From Octopus sinensis (taxonomy: Eukaryota), in contig NC_043013.1 in the NCBI RefSeq assembly GCF_006345805.1, positions 22,444,001 through 22,508,000 on the forward strand: a stretch of DNA of 64,000 nucleotides, given 5' to 3'. Below the pieces are notes generated by a model. It was given only the letters and a program-made list of their open reading frames with translations. It made no database searches and had not been told where the DNA came from. Position 1 is the stretch's first letter. Every line of letters begins with the position of its first letter. Below are positions 49,700 to 63,750 of the stretch, piece by piece. Made by a program: the position numbers and the translations under genes.

Positions 49700-50900
49700 C
49701 TCCTAAATTCAGCTTCCCACTTTTGCACCGTTGATAAATCTGGAGCATCTTCCCCTAATGTAGCAACCATGTCAGCATGAACAACCTGGAGAGCTAAACC
49801 CTTTAGCTAAAAGAGCCATGTTTGATGTTGTTTGTGTGCGTTGCCCTCTTTGAACCATATACAGATAATTGTATAATGCTGTGCTCAGAAATAGCAGTTG
49901 GAATCACCTGAACATTGCTAAAAGAAGTCTGCATTGGTGGTAAAGACAAGGTTGAGTATGTTATTTCCCTGTAGTTGGACGGGTAATAATTTGTTGCCTG
50001 CAGAAGTCTTCAGTGGTGTCAAGAAGAATATTCGTACCTCCCCAGTTTAGTTGTTCAGTTCCAGGCTAGATATAGCCCTCAGTTGAAAATAGGAAAATTA
50101 AAGTTCCATGTTAAAAAGTAAATTGGTCTGTGGGTTGGCATCACTTAGAGTCTGACTTATGAAGCAACAAAGCATCTCTGAAGCGTTCTCCATGGTTGAC
50201 CGCATCAGGAGGACAGTCGGTAATGCCTAAGAGCCAAGTGATGCCTTTCACATAGGTTATTAGTGCATTGCACTCTATGTGGGAGGAGGAGGAGGAGGAG
50301 GACGATGACTCTTTTTACTAAGTCTTCAGAAATGAAGAACCCTAGTCCTCTTGATTTCCATATTGTGTGGTCAGTTCTGTGTCGTAGACAACCTGCCATA
50401 TTTCTGCATCCAATGTGTCCGGGGTCAGATGAGTTTCACTTTGTGCTGCATATATTGTCTTTTTCCTTTGTGTGCAAGGTACTCTGGCTTATGTTTGTTT
50501 GATTTGTGACCTTGTACATTCAACATTATTATGGAGTTGGGTTTGTGGGCTCATGATGGTAATAGTGTGTATTTGTACCCTGGGGTAGCAGCAGTGGTTG
50601 GTTCTGTGTGAGAGCTAGAAGGTTGTGTTTGATTTCTTTTGCCCGATTCATCATAGCTAAAACAAAATTTTCTTGGAAGAGGTTTCTGCTTGGAGTTGCA
50701 ATGGTTGCACTGTTGGATGTGATTGAGGTTTTATGGTTTGCAGTGAATACCCAGGTGGCATCTGAGTTTTGGGGAAAGTCTGGACCTGCACTGCTAATGT
50801 AAGAGATGGTTCTACATGGATTTAGTGTTGGTGTGAAGCCATGTTTTGAATAGTGTATTGAGACCCTGGAAGATGAGTGAAGGAACGGTCATGCTTCAGA
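49700..50900 (-). mobile_element. Old LINE remnant (ORF1 / APE endonuclease)
   Basis: Minus-strand GNNILNLVFTTN and ISEHSII resemble the (PT)..LDL and SDH motifs of APE endonucleases. Confidence 0.45.
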
Positions 50901-51127
50901 CACAATCTCTCCCATTGAGAAGAGCGGCAGATTCTAATATTCCAGGTTACATGGGAAGCTGTGAAATTTGATTTGATGATGGTGCTGTAAGATGTGGGAT
51001 TTGGCATTGGTTGGTGTTGCTTGTATTTACACACACACACACACACATACACACACATACACACACAAATATATTTTCATATATACATGTATGCATATAT
51101 ATCTATATCTATCTATCTATCTATCTA

Positions 51128-51196
<69 letters not shown>

Positions 51197-51854
51197 TCTT
51201 TTACTCTTTTACTTGTTTCAGTCATTTGACTGCGGCCATGCTGGAGCACTGCCTTTAATCGAACCGCTAGGTAACAGGGACATAAACACACCAGCATCGG
51301 TTGTCATGCAATGCTAGGGGGACAAACACACACATGCATATATATATACATATATACAACGGGCTTCTTTCAGTTTCCGTCTACCAAATCCACTCACAAG
51401 GCTTTGGTCGGCCCGAGGCTATAGTAGAAGACACTTGCCCAAGGTGCCACGCAGTGGGACTGAACCCGGGACCATGTGGTTGGTAAACAAGCTACTTACC
51501 ACACAGCCACTCCTATATATTTATATATTCCAAGAAAGTTAGAGTTTGTGAATCCAACAAACCAAGGGATAATATCTATCCAATATACTGCTGGTAGAAT
51601 ACCCAATTATTAATACGCAAGTGTTTTTTCATTGCATGAAAGTGTAATAAATGGGTGAAGCTAAAGAGATATTTTATGATTAATTTATGAAGAAATAAGA
51701 AAATGGAGGGGATCAAGAGGCGGTATTCATCAACTTTTAGACATTATATTATGTCAATTTAATTATTTACTAAAACGACAATTATAAAAATATACATACA
51801 TGTATAACATATTATGCTTTACATATATAATATATAAAATATAAAAATATCAGT

Positions 51855-52322
51855 CATCATCATCATCATCGTCTAACGTCCGCTTTCCATGCTAGCATGG
51901 GTTGGACGGTTCAACTGGGGTCTGGGAAGCCCGAAGGCTGCACCAGGCCAGTCTGATCTGGCAGTGTTTCTACAGCTGGATGCCCTTCCTAACGCCAACC
52001 ACTCCGTGAGTGTAGTGGGTGCTTTTTATGTGGCACCGACACAGGTGCCAGACGAGGCTGGCAAATGGCCACGCTCGGATGGTGTTTTTAACATGCCACC
52101 GGCACAGGTTCCAGACGAGGCTGGCGAACGGCCACGCTCGGATGGTGTTTCTTATGTGCCACGGACACAGGTGCCAGGCGAGGCTGGCACGTCCACAATC
52201 GGATGGTGCTTTTTACGGGCCACCGGCACGGAGGCCAGGCGAGGCTGGCACGGCCACGATCGGATGGTGTTTGTTATGTGCCACCAGCACGGAGGCCAGT
52301 CGATGCGGTACTGGCTACAGCC
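51855..52322 (-). mobile_element. RTE 3'UTR copy with tandem units
   Basis: Same tail as 1-157 and 7629-7772; about 5 ggtgctttttatgtgccacc units. Confidence 0.85.
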
Positions 52323-52371
52323 ATCAGTAATTATTAAAATATATAACATATAGCAAAAGAAATTGGGATAA

Positions 52372-52500
52372 TATCTTACAGCTGTTTCAGCCAAGAGGCA
52401 AAAATACCTCCATTCTGCTTCTATCCCTTCAGTGGACTGAAGTAATTAGTAGATGAAATTGAGGTACTTTGGTGTTTCTCTGGGCTTTGTCATAAGGTTA
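52372..52500 (-). ncRNA. Degenerate hammerhead (3' half intact)
   Basis: Reverse complement ...atgacaaagcc...ggct GAAA cagctg TA agatat; the CUGANGA box is mutated. Confidence 0.4.
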
Positions 52501-53164
52501 AGTTATAAATATAGATACACACACATCTACATACTTTTATATACACATGCATATACATAAATACGTATACCTACACTTAAATGTACATGCATATTTGCAT
52601 GTATATGCATACAAAAGAATCAATTATCATTATTATTATTATTATTGTACCTATGAGTATGTTTGTACGGAAATATATATGTGTGTATATATATGTATGT
52701 ATGTGTATGTGTATTCCTCATGTATATGCAGTTTCATTTTTACATAGCTAAAATAAGATATATTGATTTTATAAATTACAATATTACTCCTCCTATCACT
52801 TTCTCATACCTCTGTTTATATTTTACCTAATATGAATAATATAATGCATCTAATAATAAATAAATTGATATAATATAATGTCTAAAAGTTGATGAATACC
52901 ACCTATTGATCCCCTCCATTTTTTTATTGCTCTATATCCACACCCGCACACACAAACACACACATATATCCATATATATGTGCATATATATATATGCATA
53001 TATATATATATATATACAAGCTTTTTTAAAGCCTGTTATAAGTCTGTGCATCATTAGAGAACTTTGGAAGTCTGCTTACAATCTAAATTTGCTTTTTATA
53101 GAACTATCTTCGATACTTCATGAGTGTAGCCTCACCCACTAGGATGCTTGGAGAACTCATATGT

Positions 53165-53259
53165 GTTTTGGCTGATGAGTACAGGACACTTGTATTTGCT
53201 GCAATATTTGCAGCTTTTAATAAAGCTGGTCTTCATATGAAACAATTGTACTGGAAAAC
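53165..53259 (+). ncRNA. Type-I hammerhead, related to the 5069 family
   Basis: ttttgg CTGATGA gta...tat GAAA caattg TA ctggaaaa; followed by (TA)n. Confidence 0.65.
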
Positions 53260-53284
53260 TAATCCATTCTTGTTGCTTTTTTCT

Positions 53285-53358
<74 letters not shown>

Positions 53359-53479
53359 TATATATATATATCCATATATATTTTCATATATATATATATG
53401 GTGTGTGTGTGTGTGCGTGTATATCCATATATATATATGTGTGTGTGTGTATGCATATATGCATATATACACTTTGGAA

Positions 53480-54280
53480 AATAGGAAACTCTGAAATTAC
53501 CATATGCTCTTCCCTAGTGTCATCCAGGAACACCAGAGACCTTGAAGTAATTGTCGATAACAGTCTAAGCTGGAGTTCCACATAAACAGCAAGGCTGACT
53601 TGGCCCGCAAGATGTGCTCCTAGATTCTGAGAATTTTCCAGTTTAGAGTTGCCGACACCCTCATTCTTCTCTACCCTACTTTTGCACAACCCCACCTTGG
53701 ATACTGTTGTCCATTGTAGTTCCCCCATACAAAGCAACTCATTATGAAAGTAGAAGCACTCCAGAGGTCAATAACAAGAAAGATAGACAGCATGAGAGGC
53801 ATTGATTAAAAAAACTCAATCTCTATTCTCTCCAATGCCGCCGGGAGTGCTACATCATTTGCGTTATGTGGAAAACATTCCATCAATATTGTACAAATGA
53901 TGTTGGCATCAAATTTAAAATCCATCCAAGACTTGGCCCTTGTGCTATCTGCCCACTACAAAAATCGAACTCAGTACACATAGCAACATTATGTCACAAT
54001 TACTTTACCTCAACCGGTCCAGCTCTCTTTAGTACCATACCAAAATATGTCAAAACGGAAGTGGATCCCATAAAATTCAAATGTTCACTGGACAAATTGC
54101 TTAAAAAAAATCCCAGACCAACCTCCTACACCCGGATATGTCTCCAGCAATAATAACTCTTTGCTAGAGTGGGGCCCTGGTGCCCCATACATGACTAAAA
54201 GACTTCACCAGGTGGTGCTGTTAAGTTAGACATGGCCTGGGCCTATACTGGCCAAAAGCTACCAAAGTTATCAAAGTTAT
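53480..54280 (+). mobile_element. Decayed CR1-group LINE 3' fragment
   Basis: [30 protein letters not shown] and LNLYSLQCRRE across frames; short tandem tail caaagtta. Confidence 0.75.
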
Positions 54281-54577
54281 ATATATACATGCAGATATCC
54301 ACTTGCTTTGGATGGTAGACACATTTTAATATATTGAACTGTTTAATATATATGCCTGCATTGAGTGTGAGTGTGTCTGTTGTGGTTTCTTGATGTTGGT
54401 TGAGGAGCTGTGGAGTTCAATATGGAACATTATTGTGTTTGTTGATGTATATTGATCTATATTGTTTATATTGTATTATTGTGTATATATATATATGTAT
54501 GAATATGAGTATGTATGCACTCATATTTATATTTATATGTAAATTATTTAGGATTTGTACTCATACTTGCATTAGAA

Positions 54578-54688
54578 TCTCTGAAGAGGCCGTAAGATAT
54601 TCTTGTTAATGTCTCATTTATACCTGCATTATATGGCTAATAGGTTAAATGAGACATACCTTTCTCCATGGCCGAAACAGCTGTCAGC
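54578..54688 (+). ncRNA. Type-I hammerhead with extended stem II
   Basis: CTGAAGA at 54581-54587; stem II ggccgt/atggcc plus 12-bp atgtctcattta/taaatgagacat; GAAA cagctg TC (GUC at 54683-54685); stem I only about 2 bp. Confidence 0.7.
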
Positions 54689-55194
54689 TACAATGTAAAT
54701 GTATTTTTATGTCTTGTTATATTTATTTAGTTATATTTCACCATATTGATTGTAATTATTGTACTGTATTTATGTATTTATGTATAATATCATTGCTATT
54801 GTGTAGTGGTTTAATAAAGTATATGATTCGGTACTATCTGACAGTTGAGGATTGATTTAGATATATTTCTCCATTTTCTCATTTTGTATATATATATATA
54901 TATACTCAAAGAAATTCCAACTTTGATTTCCACGTTTTATTTACAATCATATAATATAATATAATGAAATGATAGAATATTAAATGTCCATTCTGATTGA
55001 ACTAGTACTTTCAAACATGACATTCGAAACGTGGAGTAGATGAAACAAAGGCGACTGAAGAAGGGGAATTTTCATTGTTTTGTATGTCCTGTACTCTATT
55101 TTTTCGTTGTTTAAGAAAAATGTCCATTTCATTGGTTTTGTGTTTATGTTTTCGTTTCTCATTGTGTTCGACGTTTTTTTGGTGTCCTGTACCC

Positions 55195-55644
<450 letters not shown>

Positions 55645-55792
55645 AAGGCGGTGCTGAAGCTGTTTTGGCTGAAACCAGACAAAAAAACTCGTTTTCTTTT
55701 CTCATACGAAAAAAAAAAATGTTTAAATCAGAATTTAAGCACTTTCCAGGAAAGAAATTTAGAGAGAAAGAGAAAGATAGATAGATAATAGC

Positions 55793-55844
<52 letters not shown>

Positions 55845-55845
<1 letters not shown>

Positions 55846-56505
55846 ACTCGGGCGACAAGCTAACGTGACTTTTAGACGAAAATCTCCGGGCACGAACTCC
55901 TGTTCAAAGTGTTCTCTATGAACAGCTATTTACAGCAGTTGGTTCGCAGGAGGATAATCCCCAAAAGTTGGCCCAACTTATTATTATATATTTACTGAGA
56001 CATTTGATGCTGCTGCTGACATCGCCGCCGTGATGAAAATTCTGGTAAGAATGTTGACGACGATGACGATGGGCTGGGACTGGTTCTGGTGAACAATAAG
56101 AGAGAGAGGAACTAGTTGTGGATGGTGGCAGCTGACATCATTATTATTACTCGCCAGCATCGGAGTACAAAACGAAGGAGAGAGACATAGAAAGCACCAT
56201 AGAAAGCAGTGAGGGGAGAAGAAGAAAAGATTTTTTTTGTTGTTGTTGCTTTATGCTGTTAAGAAGTGTCTTTCCATCGCAAAAGTATTTCGTCCCGATC
56301 GGATACTTCGGTCAGAACCGATCCGATGTGAGTGCGTGTGTGTGTGTGTGAATGTGTGTGAGCGTGTATGTGTGTGAATGTATGTGTGTGTATGTGCATA
56401 GATATATGAAGAAATACGTTCAGATTGTGTGTATGCATTAAGATAGATATGTGTATGTATATGGGGGGAATTTGAACAACAACAACAAGCAACAGTTTAG
56501 TGTAG
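55845..56505 (+). promoter_or_regulatory. Probable promoter / 5'UTR of PLC-gamma
   Basis: CpG-enriched unique sequence; consensus donor tag|gtgagt at 56505/56506, upstream of the ATG exon. Confidence 0.4.
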
Positions 56506-56536
56506 GTGAGTGTGCGCGCACTTCTGTGTTTGTGAG

Positions 56537-56576
<40 letters not shown>

Positions 56577-57067
56577 TGTGTAAGAGTGAGAGAGAGAGAG
56601 AGATAAGCAAGAAAAGGCGGCCAAGAGTCTGTTGGGTTTTTTTTTCTTCTTCCTCCAGCCCGCTAACAACGGTCTTTTGTTGTCGTCTTATGTTCTTCTT
56701 GTTTGTAAGATATTGTTTCTCGTTTTCCTTTACTTTCTTCTTAAATCTATTTCATATCTGTTATTATGGGGGGGGTTTAGACTCGATGTCGTCCTTTTCG
56801 GTTTTACTGATGGAAATATTTTTCTCTGGTCCTATTATGATGCTGCTATAAAAATGCGGAGCCTCTAGGCAAATTAGGAACTCTTTACCTGTTGCTCCAT
56901 TCACACACAATCACACGCACCGTACACTAATACAGTGGCGAGAACGACGCACAGTTTTTATATTATTTATGATAAATCAACCTCAACAAAGCTTTTATAC
57001 ATATCTTTTTTTTTTCAACAACACCATTCGCCGTCATCAACGAACGTAGCAAGTGCTCGCTCTATAT

Positions 57068-57139
<72 letters not shown>

Positions 57140-57313
57140 TGTATTATGTATGGATGGGTGTTTTAAGCTTGAATGTTCAGGAAAGGAAAACAAATATTTG
57201 ACATTGGAAAGACTAAAAGGAATACTCATAAAATTGTATCCGAACCAATTCCAAATAATCCTAGAGGAGAAATAATAACTTTGAGAAGAAAAAAAAGCCT
57301 CTTTTAGCCAAAC

Positions 57314-57509
57314 ATGGCTGGTATTCCCCTCAGTATGCCTAATGGAATGGGGAACGATATCAATACAGTTCTTCGGGACTTGGAACGTGGATTAGTGGTC
57401 GGTTTATTCTTCCCAAGGAAGAAACCCGAGAAACGAACCTTGAGCGTTAGACTGGAAACTCGACAATTAATTTGGGTTAAAACTTTAGGAAGCCGACCCG
57501 AAGGAACAG
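57314..57509 (+). CDS. PLCG1: Phospholipase C-gamma, first coding exon (N-terminal PH domain)
   Basis: RDLERGLVVGLFFPRKKPEKRTLSVRLETRQLIW..RPEG resembles PLCG1 ([36 protein letters not shown]); phase-1 donor G|gtaagt; no further exon recognised in the window. Confidence 0.88.
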
Positions 57510-58756
57510 GTAAGTTTTTTATTTTGGATAATCTAAATCTTAAACGAAATAACATGTAACACTTGCAAAGCTTTCTTCCTTATTATCTGTTTTAATGCAT
57601 ATTTATTAGGTCCTTAATTTGGGCCCCAGTCTCAGATGGATAAATTCTCGATGCTTATTTATGCCTGTTTACGAATTGGTCTATAATTCTATATTGCCTA
57701 TTTATATTATATATTATATATACACAGACACGCATTTATCTTTGTGTGTTTATAGTCATGTGTGTTCTATACTAGATCTGTTCCTTTTTTTAGTAATTCT
57801 GTCTTGTGTATATATATATCTATATCTATGCCGATGTGTGTTTTGTATATATGGTTTATGTTCACATGCCTGTGTCTATATTTGTCTCAGTGTAGTCTAT
57901 ACATATTTGTATATATTTCCTTATCGTTTTTGTCTTATTGCTCTTCGTGTTGTTGTGTGTCAACCTGTCTCTTATTAATATCTAAATGTCTAAATAATCC
58001 CTGTACATGTGTATGTTCTGTGTATCCTTATATATATATATTAATACACGTGTGTGTATGTCTAAAAGCAATGTCCATGTATGTGTTTATGTCTAATTGA
58101 TGTGTTTAATGCCTCTCTGTCTATCTTTGTCTAAATGGTATGTCTGGGTGTGTATATATTTAATGATGCCTCATGTGTGTGTTTTTAAATGTTATGTCTG
58201 TATTTGTGTGTGCCTGTGTCGAAATTTATCCAATTTAAGCATGAACGTCTAAACGTCTTTAATGCCTATGTGCGTGCGTCTAAATTAAATGTCTTTAATG
58301 CATGAATGTGTGTCTCTAAATTATATTTAGTGTGTCTGTCTGACATATGTAGACCCACAAGCCCTTTAAATCTGTTTCTTCACCTTTTACTTCCTTTGTT
58401 TATTTAGTTATTCATCCATCCATCCTCTCTCCCTTACGTATGTATATATGCGTGTATATATATATATATATTATATATATATATATACCGATCCATGTAC
58501 ACGTCTTTCTCTCACACCGTCCAGCTCTCTATTAATGCATATAATAAATAAAACCTCGTGTGCTCAGCACTGATTGTCTCTAGACTCCACACATTCGCAC
58601 ATCGATATCGTACATATTGTTGGTAAATACACATGCACCTACGCCACATATGTTGTAATATTATATAAACACACGCATCTGAGGCTGTGATTCTTTAGAA
58701 TTTGACTTCTTTATTTAATTTGTGACGACCTTTGTTCCCACGAACCAGCACATCCT

Positions 58757-58788
<32 letters not shown>

Positions 58789-58814
58789 GACATTCCTTCG
58801 TTACTAGCAGTCTT

Positions 58815-58848
<34 letters not shown>

Positions 58849-59541
58849 ATAGTCATGATTTGACGGGGAAATATTTCGGCGATGAAAGCTCATACTTTTA
58901 CACTCCCTTCGGAATCACACACACACACACACACACACTCTCTCTCTCTCTCTCCTCTCTCTCTCTCCTTCTCTCTCTCCCTCCCTCTTTACATATTTGT
59001 ATGTTGATATCTGTAGCGGAATCGTAATTTTCGTAGCCCAAACTTCTTTCTTTTACTCACACACACACACACACATATATATATGTATATATATATATAT
59101 ATGTATGTATGTGTGTATCGTGAGAAATAATATGAGATCTGCTTATGGCTCATGTGCGTGAATGCCAAAAAAAAAGAAAAACATACACAAACACACATGT
59201 ACGTACATGTTTATGAAATACTCCCATTGAGTGTGGCACGTATTACATACACAGACACACACAAACGTGAGGTTGATAAAATACTGTTGCTCAACAGGCC
59301 CAAAAGACCCCCTTCCCCCCGAAAAATCAATATTAACATCCTTATATAATGATAATTAACGATTAAGATGATAATGATGATGGTAACAATGGACATAACT
59401 ATTAATAGCCACGATGTTGGCATATATCATCACACTGCTGTTCTAATTGTTAATCTTAATTTCTGGGATGGTCCAACCGAGAGAGAGAGGAAGCGAGTTT
59501 TTAATTCACGTCGTGGAACAACGGGCACTCTCTCTCTCCCG

Positions 59542-59599
<58 letters not shown>

Positions 59600-59837
59600 A
59601 CACAAAGTAAGTTAGGGGTTATGGGTGTAACCCACTAAGGGATAGTATCCAATATACTGTTATATTGTACCCAGATTCTTAATACATAATGTTTTTAATT
59701 GCAATGCAATTAACTCATTTATTGAATTATAAGATATATATGTATGCTATTATTTTGTAAAATGAATAAATAATCCAACATTATAATATCCGTAAGTTGA
59801 TGAACAAACTAAATTTGTTTCTCCATTTTCTTATTTG

Positions 59838-59882
<45 letters not shown>

Positions 59883-60519
59883 GTCTTGTTTCGTCCCTTT
59901 AAAGGGGGCCCCGTTTTTAGAGAGGGAGTGTGTGTGTGTGTGAATGATGGTATATGTGTTGCGCTGACAGTAGTAACGAAGGGTGTTATACAGTTCGGAT
60001 AATAATTGATGTCACAGCAGGGTACCCCAGTTCGTCTCGTGTCACCTGTCGTCGGAACCGAATGCTTTTCAGGGGATTTGGGTTTTTTTTGCACCATCGA
60101 CTCCAATACTTAACTGGTACCTTATTTGTGAAAATGATTTGAGCTCAGTATTTTAAAGGCCAACCTTCTAACGATTCTGGCCATCTACTTTGCTTAATCC
60201 TTCTATAAAACACCTACTCGTGTGTCTTTTGTTTTTGTTTGCTGGTTTCCATCTTTCTGTCACGCTGTAGGAATTTGGAAGGAGAAAGCATCGAGGGATG
60301 GAAGAGAGAGAAATTTATAAAGAGATGAGAATTAGATAAATAAGTGGGAGATTGACAGAAAGAGAGCCAACAGCCAAGCACTGAGTAAGTCAGTCAGACA
60401 AAAAGAAAGATGTTAAGAAAATGGAGCAAAACTTGAAATGAAAAGATTAAGAATTATTGAAAGGAATTAAATGGATAAATTATTAGTGTTTAATTTTTTT
60501 TTTTCGTTAGTGAAACACC

Positions 60520-61390
60520 AGTGGGCGAAATACTGAAGAAAAGTTACTCTTAACTGGCATTTGTTGACCTGGAGAAGGCCTTTGACAGCATTCCAGTCTC
60601 TGTTGTAGTTTAGCGATCGCTCACGAAACTAGGATTAGGTGGATGCTATGTACAGCTATGCAGTCAACGAGCTATGAATTGGCATGAATTCATTGAAGAA
60701 TTTAGCTTGCAGGTAGCAGTCCATCAGGGCTCAGTTCTCAGCCCCTTCTTGTTTATGTTTATTATAGTTCTGCAAGCCATAAATAGAAGATTAGCTGTCT
60801 GTGGAAATTCCTCTATACTGGTGGTGACCTAGTTCTTATACCTTAGAAGATTAAGAGAAGAAATTCCTAATGTGAAGGCAAAACGTTGAATTGAGAGAAT
60901 TCAAAGTAAACCTAACTGAGACCAAAGTTTTTTTTTAGTTTGTAGGAAAGAAGGCAAGACCCTACGGTTATCAAATATAGGGTTCTCTTTTGAAATACAG
61001 GAAATCAATGGGTAGAAATTTTATGCGATGCATTCAGTGTAGACTCTGGATGCAAAAGAGCTGTATTGCAATGAGAGGTCGATTGTCAGAGAAAGTACAC
61101 AAACGGTAGAGTACACAACAAATTGTCTTTCAAATGCCCAAATGGCTCAATTGGCAGTTTTTGTTTCGCAGGTGACCGAATTATTAACGAAGTTATGTGT
61201 TCCAAAAACAGAATAACCAGAGCGAAATGAAGTGGAAAGGTTTCTGTTTCATAGTGAAGAGCAGATTCTGTGACATTTGTGTACAACATGTGCTACTGAA
61301 TAGTATAAAGACTTGGGCCTTGACTGGGGGATACTAAGCGAAGGCTAGAAAGAAATTAGTTGAGCATATTCTGCTGAATGTGTGATACTT
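60520..61390 (+). mobile_element. Old RTE RT remnant
   Basis: LAFVDLEKAFD, VHQGSVLSP and RCIQCRLWMQK (PHD remnant). Confidence 0.75.
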
Positions 61391-61399
61391 GATGGATTG

Positions 61400-61768
61400 G
61401 AAGCACTCCGTCGGTTAGGACGACAAGGGTTCCGGTTGATCCGAATCAACGGAACAGCCTGCTCGTGAAATTAATGTGTAATGTGTAAGTGTACCCTTAA
61501 TGTAGTTCTCGGGGATATTCAGCGTGACACAGAGAGTGACAAGGCCGGCCCTTTGAAATACAGGTACAACAGAAACAGGAAGTAAGAGTGAGAGAAAGTT
61601 GTGGTGAAAGAGTACAGCAGGGATCACCACCATCCCCTGCCAGAGCCTCATGGAGCTTTTAGGTGTTTTCGCTCAATAAACACTCACAACGCCCGGTCTG
61701 GGAATGGAAACCGCGATCCTATGATCGCGAGTCCGCTGCCCTAACCACTGGGCTATTGCGCCTCCACC
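61400..61768 (-). mobile_element. tRNA-derived SINE inserted in the RTE remnant
   Basis: Reverse complement ggaggcgcaatagcccagtggttagggcagcggactcgc; flanks repeat acttgatggatt (TSD-like). Confidence 0.8.
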
Positions 61769-62889
61769 ACTTGATGGATTACAAATAAGCTGAGTGAAAA
61801 GCTTAACAAACACATCGTTTGTGGAGGAGGATGTCGGTTGTGTTGAGGTTGCCTTTTGTGATTGGGGACAAAGGAAGAAGATGCTGGATGAAGTAATGGA
61901 GACTGATCATGAGAAGTTGACTCTTCTGAAGGAGGTGATAGATGAAGGGCGATGAGTGATAACCTGCAGTGCTTGAAAAGATCTGCCTCCTTTGCAAGGT
62001 AAAACTGATGGTAATAACGAGAGAGCGGATGAGATTTGGAGCTGTCACTGTCTTTTCTTGCTCTACTTTTACCTGCTTCATGTCACCTGTGTAACAGGGA
62101 TCACACTGTATCCTTTTTATATTCAATTCCTTCTTTATTTTTAACCATTACTCTCTCTCTCTCTCTTCATTCTTCTTTGTTACTCTTTCTTCTTCCATTC
62201 ACTGTCCCCCCCCATGATATTACGTCCATGTTGTTTCTCTACTGAATCTCCCTCCCAAACAACCAACATACGGCTGCTTCTTACTTGTCTCTCTCTCTCT
62301 CTCTCTTCCAATACTTCCTCCTCTATTACCATCTTGTTCCTATTTCTCTGTCTCCCCAGTTATAATCTCTCTCTCTCTCTCGTCTTCTTGCTCTGCTTTG
62401 CCCTTCTTCATCGTTCTCATATTTACCCTCTCAGCCACATTGTGTTCAATGAACAGAGACAACACAGAATAGAGGACACCTTAGCTTTGCCGAGGGCCTC
62501 AATAGAGCCACGATACAATGCACCCAGTACATTTTGTCCAGTGCCTGGTGAACAAATGTTGAGGACAAGACAACCCCTCCAGGGCTGGTAATGTGCAATA
62601 AACTGCACCTAGCAGTTTTAGTTATGAATATTTCATCTGTTCAATCCCCAGGATTGTCGACTGATTGAATTCTAGTGGTTGAGTATTCCACAGATATTTG
62701 TACCCTTAAGCAGAATAAGTGGAACACTGTGTGATGAAGCTGGTGTTTGGAATTACTGGTAGGAACTTGCCCAGTTTCACTCATAGGGCTTGGTTTAATC
62801 TGGGACTATGGTCAGTGAAACTTGCCCAAGATGTCACATAGTTGAATCAAACCTGGGGCTGTGTGTTTGCATAACAACCACCTACTCAC

Positions 62890-63750
62890 CACTGGAACCC
62901 TCTTCCCCGCTTCTTGACTAGTGCAAGCCTAGGCACAGTGAAAGGTGTGGAAAGATTGTAGAGATGCTGGAACAGAAGCCAGTAGATATGTGCTGCATGC
63001 AAGATGGAAGGGAAGCTCAAACAGATTCTTAATGGTCAGTCACATTCCAGGAGTTGGTGGCAGTGAAATGGACAAAGTGATTAAGAAAGGTAGAGTATGT
63101 GATAGAAAAAATTAAGTTTAGTCTAGTTATGGTTAGTAACCTGAGAGCAACAGTTATCTCTACATATGCACCAGAATTAGGAGTAACCTTTGAGCTAAAG
63201 GACTGAGTCTGTGAGGCCCTCAATAACAAATGGCAATGGCATTGTTATTATGGCTGGTGATTTTTGAAGGACATATGAGGCAACAAGATGTTGGTTACTT
63301 CTTTTGTAGATAGAAGCTATGTATATGGGATGAGGAAAAGTGAAGGCTCCTGAAGTTCTGTGATGCAAAGGATTTAACCATATGTAGCACTAACCTCAGG
63401 AAACTGGCCTGCCATTTGATCACCTACACTATACTAAGTATTTCATTGTGACAATGTATATGGAAGCTGCTACTCTTAGATTCAAAGAAGTTCTAGGTGG
63501 GGAAACAGATCTGTTATATAGGGAACAAGTGGGAGCTTCTGTTAGAGAACCTGCTGTCACAGATCTGTGGTTGGAACAAGTTTCCTGCCAAATGAAAGTG
63601 AAATGGTGATGGTACAATAGAGCCATAAAAGCTAAGAGAAAGGATTGGAAAGAGTAAAATAATTGGGAAAGAAGGAAGACATCAAGAGAGAAAGTGAAAG
63701 TAAGAGGTTTGTCAATGTTGTGTGATGAGTTGGATGATTAGAGTCTGAGG
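62890..63750 (+). mobile_element. Old RTE endonuclease-region remnant
   Basis: VDMCCMQ, VISTYAP and MAGDF motifs, heavily decayed. Confidence 0.5.

Noticed and set aside
55020-55070. cgaaacg...ctgaagaagggg as a type-II hammerhead
   Set aside because: I could not place an NUH triplet or a convincing stem I; left uncalled.
62423-62608. Possible downstream PLC-gamma exon or small gene
   Set aside because: No similarity to the expected next PH-domain segment and no convincing splice sites.
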